From Mytilus trossulus (lineage: Eukaryota), in the NCBI RefSeq assembly GCF_036588685.1, contig NC_086378.1:16244001-16308000 (forward strand): 64,000 bases of DNA, written 5' to 3'. The position numbers and the translations under genes were made by a program. This document shows, piece after piece, positions 39,126 through 49,600 of this stretch. Numbering within the stretch: the first letter of the stretch is position 1; each line of letters starts with the position of its first letter. Under the pieces are notes generated by a model. It was given only the letters and a program-made list of their open reading frames with translations. It was not told where the DNA came from and did not search any database.

Positions 39126-42100
39126 TCGTTGTTCAACTATAGAAAAACTATTTTTTTTATTGCTGTACATGTGGATCGATGTTTTTTTTACACTTTGAGA
39201 AAATTCAAAATTAAAATGCTACCTGTAAGTGGTAAATTTAATCCAAATCGTAGGTGTATGACAGTTTCCGCAAAAGTCTAAAAGGAAATAAAAAGATTAG
39301 AACACAAATTGTGGTTTACAGTAGGTGCACATCATGTACATATGGCCCATTAACTTTTAAAAGAATGTCGCCCCATTGATATATTGCCATTTGAAGTTTG
39401 CAGGTCATTGATATATTTGCCATTATTTGCCATTCCAAATGTAAATACCCACACGAGCGTCAAATTTGTGTGTATTATTCATTTTTTATAATAACAGACA
39501 TTCCCCATTAGACGCCTCCGTGCTATTATTTGCCAAAATCATTGAAAATCAGAAGCAGCTACAACTTCCAGAATATTGGCTATCATTTCGAATCAAAACA
39601 AAATCAGAAGCTCTTCATGCACTTATAGAGTTGATCCAAAAATCCAAGAATGAGACACCTTCAGTGTTAAAATTTGTCAGAAACTACATAAATGTATATC
39701 AGAATCACAGACAATAAAGAAAATGTTGTTATTGAATTTTCGTTCAGTTGTATAGTTGTGTTTTTTAACATATCCTCATGTTTTTATACATATGAAATAA
39801 GTATTGCTTTTAACGCCTATATCTTCAACCTTCTCTAAGACGGTACGATGATGTTGTTATATGGTTAGTCTCCAGTGGACACTTAAAGGTTTATCCAGGT
39901 AAGAGTATGATGAATAAATAACAACCAACATGCTGAATTTGATCTTAAAAGCGGTAGTTCATAGAAAGGCATGTCATTTTATGTAATCTAATTTTCACGA
40001 CTTGCGACAACCACATCTTACTTCATTCTTAGTGAAAAAGACAGCAATATCAATTTTTCATATGTTGTTTCTTTTATTCTGTTTGTTTGGCCCGGACCGG
40101 GTCGATTCACGTATACATGGTTCGTGTATAATGTTTAAATACTTATTTCTCTCGTTTGTATCACTTGGAAATTCAAAATCGAGCTTTTTTTGTTATTAAT
40201 TTTTGTGACCCAAAATTACTGTAACCATCTTGTCCTCCCTGTTAACAAAGCAGTATGGTATTGGTGTTTAAATTTAATTTTCATTTATTCTAACTCCAAA
40301 AAAGTCCACATTCCGAATTTGTAGTTTATTTTGAAATGACTGATTTATGTGAAAAAGTATTTGTAGAGATTTTTCTAATTAAATAAATGTTTGTATAGGT
40401 AGTTCTGTATAAATACAGCTGTTTCTTTAACCACGCCTCTTTTGTGGAGATTTAAAATATTCGTAGAAAATTAAGTTTGTTTACATACTTGTTCCCAATT
40501 CTGATTTGTCGATTGTATCTAGTACAGACATAAATTGGAAAAATTACCAGAAATAAACACGTGAATATTGTTAATATTGATAGTATGGTAACCCTACAGT
40601 CGAGGTACGGATATTTAAGAAAAATATGTGTTAGTTTAAACTCTTATAAGTTTACACAAACATTTGATAACTTGACTTGAATTTCTTCAAAAGTTATCTG
40701 TTTTTCAAGTTCTGGAATAGATGATTTATCACTGTTTGCAAAATATGTTTGAACTGTTGACGAAATTTCATGGACAAGTTTAATTTAAACAGCTAGTTGG
40801 TTGCTCAGAGTATAAATATTCAGACCCATAATTCACATAAAATACTATCGTTTACATCTTTAATATCACTGTATGACAACTTTGTACTTGATGGACCGCT
40901 TTTTTGCAAACGATGTACACGTTGATAAAATTCAACATTATCCATTTCAGCAGCTTTTTTTATATCATCTCACTTTCCATCCGGTCATAGTTTGTGAATG
41001 AATCGTTTTTGCTAACGAACTATTCCTTTTTTATTTTCATATTCAATATAGCTGAAATCGTGTTTTTTTTTCTCTAGTTACATTGATGTTTATCCATTTA
41101 CGTTCATAATTTCTTGCTCGACATGCCCGTTTAGTTTTTTTTTTTTCCAATAAGGTTTTCAGTTGGCGTTTTTTTTTATGTTGTATGCGTTTGACGTCCT
41201 ACTTAGTAGATCAATAATCAATTGTACAAAGACTGGGTAAGATGATCAGAAACTTCAAATGGACAGTTTGATTTATTTTTTAAGGTAAAACATATCAATA
41301 TACAAATATTCAGGTACACAAATATAATCTAAGTATGATCTTTTGGTAAAATCTTAACTTCTAAAAGTATATGTAGGACCAACTCTGCATTATAGTTATG
41401 GTGCAGGACATACATTTCTATCATTAAAAAAATGTGTAAAGCAAGTTAATTTACTACTTGCAGCATTACTAGTTAATTCAATGCAACAGTCACCTCCTAC
41501 ATTAGTACTACTATATCAATCTTCAGAATGCATATCATGACATGTACATAACTCATCAATATAACTCATATAACCCTCCAAATAAACAATGGAGAGTAAA
41601 AGTACACATATAAAGCACATGTCATTATATTTCTTCGAAAAAAATACTCTACACACTTTATCATGTGTAATATTTAGATTTTGTATTTTAAAATCTAATG
41701 ATTTGCATACTAAAATGGCCGTTCCTCCGGAACCTACAAAATTAATGTATTATTACAGTTTATACCAATACTGTATATTAAAAGGAAAATATTTACAAAA
41801 GTTCTCTAAAATAAAATATTGTTTTCGTTTAACCAATATTATGTTAACAGAAAAATATCTGATTCATTTAACACAAAAAAGTATGAGGTACCAAACATTA
41901 TCATATTCCATGTATAAACCGGCAGCACATGAAGATGAGCAATCACAAAAAGTATAAAGATTTTTTTATTTTATTATCAAGACTTGAAATACATTTTTTG
42001 AAAATCAACTGAATATAATTTACCTTTTGTAACCCAGGAAAGTTTACACAAGGGGCCCTGTGTTTACAATGATCCAACGTTCAGGGATAAACGGTGGACT

Positions 42101-42544
42101 CTATTATAAAATATATATATATATTTAATTTATATTTTTTTCCATACATAAGTTATACATTCATATTAATTACACAGATTGAGTTTGCGTATTAAAATAT
42201 TCATAATATTCTACAGTAAATAAAATAAATCAAAAGTCCCCAAAACCACACTTCAATCTACACAATAATTTACCTTTACTTATAATTGATATTTATTTAT
42301 TTGTACTTTTATCACCTGGTTTTCATTGTTATGTGTCGGTCAGTGAATTTATAGGTGACATGCTCAACCTTGTAAATGCGTGTATTTTAATTACATTTCT
42401 ATCGTTGGATTTGGCTAATGTGTTCCAGTTATCGGTTTTTGATCTTAAAATCTTTTGCATACTTTTGATTTGTTTGGACGAACAAGTCTGTATTGATCAT
42501 ACCAATGATCCCCCTTCCTCTACCGGCAAGCAACACACGTCCCT

Positions 42545-43345
42545 TTTAATTACCATTATAAGGGGTAATGGAGGACCTAAATGCCAAAATACGTGTGAAA
42601 ATAAAGAAATAGTCAATTTTGAATAATGGAATAGAAAATTTGAATAATAGAATGGACTGCAGCGACCCTTAACCCGTAATTATAAACATACATTTTACCT
42701 CTTTCGAAAGCTTATTAAGAGAGGAACAAAGGGTTTATAGTACATATGATCAGCAACGCATATTAGAGGTGTAAAAAGGATCCTACACAACGAAATACGC
42801 TTGAACACTAAGAAAAAGCTTATTTTGAATAATGGAATGGACTGCTGTAAGCCGTTAGCCCATAATCAAGGCAACATTTATAAACCAAATTAAAGATCAA
42901 TGATAAAGTAATACAATGTGTCTAAACAATATGTGCCGCAATGACCATTAGAAGGGTCACGGAGGACCTAAATGCCGAAACACGTGTGTAAAAAGAAAAA
43001 GCCAATTTTGATAATGTTATGGATATTGTGAATAATGGAATGGACTGCTCATTCCAAAGCTCATTAAGAGAGGAGCAAAAGGTATGTAATTGATATGTTC
43101 CGAAACGCATATTAGAAGAGAAACGAAGGACCTAAATGTCGAAACATTCTTGAACATTAAGAAATAGCTTACTTTGAATAATGGAATGGACTGCTTAATA
43201 AAGCCGTTAGCCCCATATCAAGGCAACATGTATGCGCTAAATTAAAGCTTATTGATAAAGTAGTAAAACTGAGTATAAAAAATATGTGCAGCAAATACCA
43301 GTAGAGGGGTAAAGGAGGACCTAAATGCCAAAACACGTGTGAGTC
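42545..43345. repeat. Diverged satellite, ~165-210 bp units with alternating pattern
   Basis: GGA(G)GACCTAAATGCC...TTTGAATAATGGAATGGACTGC recurs at about 42570, 42778, 42960, 43127 and 43315. Confidence 0.8.
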
Positions 43346-44074
43346 AATTGTAAGGGCAAACAATTGTATCCACTGTGCAAGATAGATATATATGAGGACA
43401 TGACGTCTGATTATCAACGAGGCTTATGTCGACTATAGTTTAAGCGAAATGGATAAAAGTTATCATGATTACACATGCAAAAAATATAAATGAGCAGAAA
43501 AAAGAATGTAAACCAAATCAGGGTTGTTATTAATATTATGTTTTAGTGTCATTAACTTTTCATTAAACAGTATAGTTTTCATTTGACATCTGCATCATTT
43601 TTAAAATACTAATGATTGGAACCAACGTTAGCTAAATGCATGTTCACCACAGCTCTATTTACGAATGCAAAGAGTATCGTCCAATGCCTAGAGAATCCCA
43701 ATCATTTATGATACAGCAAATGTATAGTATGTCCAAGTATCATAATCATAGCTTAGAGTTAAATTGTTTTTTTGTAAATTACAATGATATCTTTATAAAC
43801 ATTGCAGTATCTCATACACAGATTGAAAAACTATTCAATGTGGTGTTTTTCAGAATAAACATTACCACATGTTAGTTTTGTTGTTATGCAAATACTGAAA
43901 GTAAATCCAAACCTTTGCAAAAATCAAGAAGCATGCTCAATATTGAAAGCAAATAATTTAGTGTTATTAACCTACATGTGCAAACCAGAGATACCAATTG
44001 TTGTGATTGTGACTTTGTATGCATGTCCTTAATGTCGCAAAACAGTGTTAACGTTGTTTTCCCGTATTGTTGAC

Positions 44075-44395
44075 GTTGTGTGATAGTGACGTGAGAAGGT
44101 GAGAAGTATTGCCGGATGAACAAAATGTCCGAGTGTCTGTACTGTCGCAACTTCCGAAGCAAGGTTGTCGGCTCTCCGGACATTCCAGAAGTCCTGCGTT
44201 TGATTACCGAGTTTATGAGCTTTGGTCCTTGCTTGTAAATTGGTACTGTCGGAGTGTATACTGTGTCCTTTGAATTTATGTAACGTCTGTTTGATACAAG
44301 TAGTGAGAATAAGACTGTTATTTTTTACAAAGATGGTGTTAACTTATGCATTATGAACGCACGGAATTCTACATTTACACCATTGGTGGAGGCGA
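44075..44395 (+). mobile_element. Possible LTR followed by a tRNA primer-binding site
   Basis: GC-richer block ending ...TTTACACCA, then T and TGGTGGAGGCG (PBS-like, complementary to a tRNA-Ala-type ...CUCCACCA end). AATAAG near 44308. The 5' boundary is uncertain. Confidence 0.35.
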
Positions 44396-44660
44396 ACAGA
44401 AACGGATCTACGCAAACAGATGACCAAATGTATAACAGAAGGAAAATACGGCATTGGAATACTTAAATACGGTTTACCTTTTGGAATTGATATTAGAATT
44501 GTAACAGATTCGACAAGATAATTAACAGAGAAGTATTAAATCGGAAAATTTGGATGGAAACTGATTAAACATTTTTGTCGGTGTTAACATCAAATATAAA
44601 ATGACAATCTAAGGTGCAAATTTGAAACAAATGAACATTATCACGTTGTATGGTTGACTA

Positions 44661-44705
44661 AAAAATTCTTAAGGGTTCCGCGGAACCCAGTGTCTCGCGT
44701 ACTTT
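44661..44705 (-). mobile_element. Helentron/HINE-type 3' terminus (sub-TIR, perfect palindrome, T-run)
   Basis: Minus strand reads AAGTACGCGAGACAC-T-GGGTTCCGCGGAACCC-TTAAGAATTTTT. The 16-bp perfect palindrome is at 44673-44688, in the same orientation as the RepHel ORF. Confidence 0.6.
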
Positions 44706-45607
44706 GGCTGTTAATTGCCATGATTGCAGGCTCAACGAAAAAGAGGAAAAAAATCAATGAAAATATTCCTCTTGATACTATCTTTTGAAGAAACTTCCAT
44801 CCAAGTTTGGTAAAGTCCAGGATAGTTTATGAATCTAATAAATTAAAATGTTTTGAAAACTTTAACTGCAGATTGTATGTAATGTTAACTGGGAAAAACT
44901 AAGTCTATTTATAAGTAAAATACAGATACACAGGTACAAAGTTTTAACAAAATTTCCTTCTAGGTACTAGCTTTTTATCATAAACAAGCTTCTGTCTAAG
45001 TTTGGTACAAATCCAAAATAGAATTAAAAACCAATTGTTCAGAGAACAATTGAAAGTCTTTCCACATCAAAGAAATTATAAAATGAAGCAATTTTTTCGT
45101 ATAAGGTGATAATGTGCTACTTCCGGTGAAGTTTCTTCCAGTCTCATATGAAAGCTTCTTTAAGATTGATTCCAAAAATATAAAGTTTCTATATACTTTT
45201 ATCTTCTATAATAATAATATATATGACTTACCATTACTAAAAGCCATGGATTCAACAACCATGCTAAAAGTCACACCATCCTTCTTTGATGATTAGTCTT
45301 TATCAACTATTTCACCTCATGGCAGTTGTAATTTTATATATTAAACAATGCACAAGAGCTAAAACAATTGAAATTTCTGTAGAATGTTAATTTTCATTCT
45401 GTAAAATATAAATTGATGATCAGTTAATTATAAAGAATTCATGGACAATGTCTAAGTTGTATGTTGATTCTACTGCATATTTTTGGTAAACTAATTTTCA
45501 AATGTAAGTCATTAATGGTCACTGTAAGAATACAACATAACATTATGAAATAAACATTCACATATGTGTAAAAAACTTTATGAAATTTTCTATTCTAGTA
45601 ATTTATC

Positions 45608-45685
45608 TTGATTAATTGATTGGATCTTTTTTTGCTTTACATCCAGTGGCAAATGTTTCATGCATATTCAGGATGACCAAACACC
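45608..45685 (-). repeat. SINE/LINE-type 3' tail with degenerate (TCAA)n end
   Basis: Minus strand: CATCCTGAATATGCATGAAACATTTGCCACTGGATGTAAAGCAAAAAAGATCCAATCAATTAATCAA. Confidence 0.5.
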
Positions 45686-45720
45686 TAAATAACTACAATG
45701 GTCATATACAGTATATGTTG

Positions 45721-45811
45721 CCAGAGCCCTGTTTGTTGTCAGCACTAAGTCATGTTTCAGTGCTGACATCCGCCTCCTACGACGGGGACGAAGGGTTGGA
45801 CTTCAGGAGGC
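45721..45811 (-). ncRNA. HDV-like (nested double pseudoknot) self-cleaving ribozyme candidate
   Basis: P1 GCCTCCT/AGGAGGC pairs 7/7. P3-L3 is (T)CG-TCCCCGT-CG(T), P1.1 is CC/GG, P4 is TGTCAGCACT/AGTGCTGACA (10/10), J4/2 is ACAAA and P2 is CCCT/AGGG, extendable by CCA/TGG. Confidence 0.75.
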
Positions 45812-45926
45812 ATAATTTTTTTAAGTTATGTCATTCTTAAAATCAAAATTAAAGCTGACATTCGTTTAATACTGAAGATATTGTTGTTGTTTTTTTGGTT
45901 CTACATGTTGTTTCTTTGTACCCTCA

Positions 45927-46622
45927 TTAGTCATATGGAACAACTATTTTCAGTGCCTCATGATAGCTGTAATATGTTGGAATAATTGTAACCTGTGTAT
46001 CATGACATCCTTTTACATACACATGATCAATAAGAGTTCCACCTTCTGTTGTTGGACTACTAACAAGTTGTCTGAAACCTTTTGATAACATGAAACTTAA
46101 TACTGTACAGCCACCTTTCAAAATATCTTGATTGAAATCGCCAATTACAACAACTCTTTCTGATAAGTCTTCCAATTTACAGATTAATGTTTCCATGTTC
46201 TCCATAAATTTTCCTAGATTATACCTCTGGGTTCTGTAAACAGTAGCAACAAAAACATTTCTACTTGGAATCTTGAAAACTATACATTCTAAGTTTGATG
46301 TCAAGTTGCACAATTCTGTTTCTGAAGAAAGCTTGTGAAAAACACACACACCACCATGCTGCATTTCCTTTAAAGAAGAATAATAAGAATCATCTTCTTG
46401 AAAAGCTAGAGATCTGGGCAAATGAAAACCATCATATCCAACCATTTCAAAGCAAGTGAATTCTTGATTAGCCCAGGTTTCAGTAAGACAAATGTAATCC
46501 GCACTTCTAAAGTCTGGATTTTGTTTAATATCTTCTGCATGAGTCTGTAAACCTTGAATATTGTGATACATTATCTGGAAAGATTGTGTATGTTCCTCTG
46601 CTGTATTCTCCATTTCAGGCAA
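45927..46622 (-). CDS. APE/EEP endonuclease domain of the Helentron (-1 frame relative to RepHel)
   Basis: YHNIQGL, ICLTETW, HGGVCVF, VYR, IGDFN, TLIDHVY and YSYHEAL motifs. Open for 231 codons. Confidence 0.93.
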   Translation of the reverse strand: MPEMENTAEEHTQSFQIMYHNIQGLQTHAEDIKQNPDFRSADYICLTETWANQEFTCFEMVGYDGFHLPRSLAFQEDDSYYSSLKEMQHGGVCVFHKLSSETELCNLTSNLECIVFKIPSRNVFVATVYRTQRYNLGKFMENMETLICKLEDLSERVVVIGDFNQDILKGGCTVLSFMLSKGFRQLVSSPTTEGGTLIDHVYVKGCHDTQVTIIPTYYSYHEALKIVVPYD

Positions 46623-49600
46623 AAATTTGTCATTTCTGAAACACCCTTTACAATATCAGGATCGCAGAAGATTTTCTTGTCAATTTTTTCAGCTTCTATG
46701 CTTTCAATGTGTAAACCAGATTTTGATGTAACTCTGCTAAGGGCTACATATGCCTGACCATATGTGAAACATTTATTCAGATCAACAACACATTCTTCAA
46801 CTGTTAATCCTTGAACTTTGTGAATTGTGCAAGCCCAGGCTAACTTCAATGGAAACTGTTTTCTTACACAATTGCTTAAAGGAATGTCTTCACTTGAAGG
46901 TTTCAATCCAACACAGTGTTTTCCACTGATGAGTTTTTGTACCTTTGCATTTCTTCCTACTCTTTCATTGTCAAAGTGAACATATATTATACTTGGGAGG
47001 GAATTTGGTGAGAAGTCTTTGATAGATATAACAGTTCCCATTACACCATTTACTAAACCATCTGCTGTGTCCTCATTCTTGATTAGCATTACTCTTGCTC
47101 CCTCAGCTAAAAGAATAGATATTGGGAGACAGACATCTGACTTTAAACAATGTACTTTTTTCAGAGTCAATTTCCCCGAAGTTTTGTCTTTTTGGAAATC
47201 TTGTGCCTCAATCAGTTTTGATTCTGTACATTGCTTCATTATCATCTCCTTGTTAAAGGTGTCAACCTCTGCATTTGTAGAATATATGTGCAAGGCTTCA
47301 TCGGGGCTATCACCAAAGCAGTGTTGTAATGTTTTTTTATCAGATGATGACAAACTTTCATTTTTCTGCTTAACACGCAATCTATTTAGTAGTTCAGCAA
47401 ACATTCCATCCTCACGTTGACGCATTATTTCATCCAACTCGGCAATTTCAAACAAGCCATTCCATAGCTGATTTGAGGGATTAGAAGGGTCATCTACATA
47501 CAATTTGTCTACCCTTTTTGTTCGAACAGGTGGTAACTGATAAAAATCGCCAACAGCAATTATTGAAACACCTCCAAATAAACAATTGTCTGGTCTTTTT
47601 TTAACCTGTCTGAGTCGCTCATGAACGAAAAACAACAATTTCTTATTGACCATTGAAATTTCATCAATTATCAAGATTTGCAAATGTTCTAACTTTGATC
47701 TGAGCGAATTAATTTTGTCTTCACTAAGAGTTGCATGATCAGGTGAGAGTGATTTGAAAATTCCAAGAGCACTATGAATTGTCAATCCATGGATATTAAA
47801 TGCAGCCGTTCCAGTTGGAGCTGTTAATAGAACTGTGAGATCATCTGGATTATTTGTTGTTTGTGCTAATATTCGAGTTGCTTCATATTGAATACATTTG
47901 ATCAAGTGACTTTTACCCGTTCCAGCTCCTCCAGTGATAAATAAATGTAAAGGCTCTGGTGTTTTTCCGTTTGCTTTTTGAATGCACCAATCTCTTACTT
48001 TATAGAGAATTCTTCTCTGTTTCACATTCAAACTTCTTAGCCTTGGAATAACTTCATTTTTTGTGAGAGAAACAGACAGCAAATTAGTTCCAACAGATGA
48101 TGAGCTCTTTTCATTCAAATCTGGTATTGATAAATCCTCCTCAATCACACTAGATACTTTGCCTTCATCTATACATTCTCTTCTATTCACTTCTGCTTCT
48201 GGGCATAACTCACACCAAGCATCTTCTTTAGGATCTTTTTCATGAAATTGCTTTTCTGCTTCCTCTAAATCATGACCATTTTTCACAAAGTCTGACATGT
48301 TTTTGATAACAATTTCTTTCACAGAACTTAATGTGTTATCCCCTTGAAACTTAACTCTTCCACATGTGAAGAAATTCTCATATGTTTGAAATAAGAGTGG
48401 TTTTAACTGTTCATCATATCTGTATGGCAAATACAGTTGCAAAATGCTTTGATAATATTTTTCTGGGGAATTTTCCGGAGAGAAACGAGGATATTTTATA
48501 ACTGCAGGTGAAGTTCTTGTGCGTTTTCTAATATACCCAAGTGAGCCATCAAGTTTGAAGGTTGTGTCTTTATTAATTTTCTGTGGTAATTGTGATTCTA
48601 GAATAACACTGTATTCAGAAGTGAATCTTGCAAGACACAATTTGATAAAGATATCAATATGTGGTCTTCCTTTATATCTATCAACAATGTTGTTCATCCA
48701 AGTACTATTTTCATCTTCATCTTCATCTTCACTGTCACTATTATGTCTTTTTCTTTTAGAAGACTTACAATTTTGTTGTTTCTCTAGGTCTTTCAAAGGA
48801 ACGCTCATTCTACATGGATTTTCACCAACAGGTATAAATTCTACTTTCCTTGAACACTCTCGTAATCTCAATCCAGTAACTCTAAACACTGCTTCTTGTG
48901 CGCTTATCTCTCTATGGTGTAAATATGAAGTTCCAACTTTTTTCATAGTCTGTTGAGCATTTAGATTTCCTTCTTCTGCTTCATTTTTAGTCTGTTGCAG
49001 GAGTAATCCTAGCTCTCTCTCAGCTTTACTTATATAACTTATAATGTATACAACACAGGAAAATGCATCCAAAATATATTGTATGTCCATATTTGCATCC
49101 CAAGCCCTCAAAAGATGTGGGTTATACTGATTGGTGTATATTTCATTTGGCTGACGTTTGAGAACTACTGTATTGCGATTGGTGATAAAACGATAATATG
49201 TTTCGAAGCTTTCTTGAGCAAGTCCTATCTTCTTGAAAATTTCAGAAACATCTAAGTTTTCATCTTCATGCTTTTTTATAACTTCCCATAAGTCGGACAA
49301 TATTTCCTTTGCTAATTCTTCATCGTCCTTTGAATCTTCATCTGGATCACTTGGTTCTGAGATAAATGTTCTAGTTGAGGGAGGTCTTGGGAAATTAAAA
49401 CGACATACTGTTCCCTTTTTCTTACATGATTTTGAATGTTTTTTACTGTGTTGGTGTACTGCCATAACAATGTCATGCAATTCTTTGTCTTCCTTTTCAT
49501 CTGGTATCTCACATGTTATGTACTTGTCAATAAAGGTAATAATGTCATCAATATCATCTTCGCCAAATTTTGGAGCATTTTCTACCCAAAACAAACAATG

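Noticed and set aside
39223-39277. 55-nt exon-like unit on the minus strand with a good acceptor
   Set aside because: The donor is weak (GTAGCA) and I cannot link it to any gene from sequence alone.
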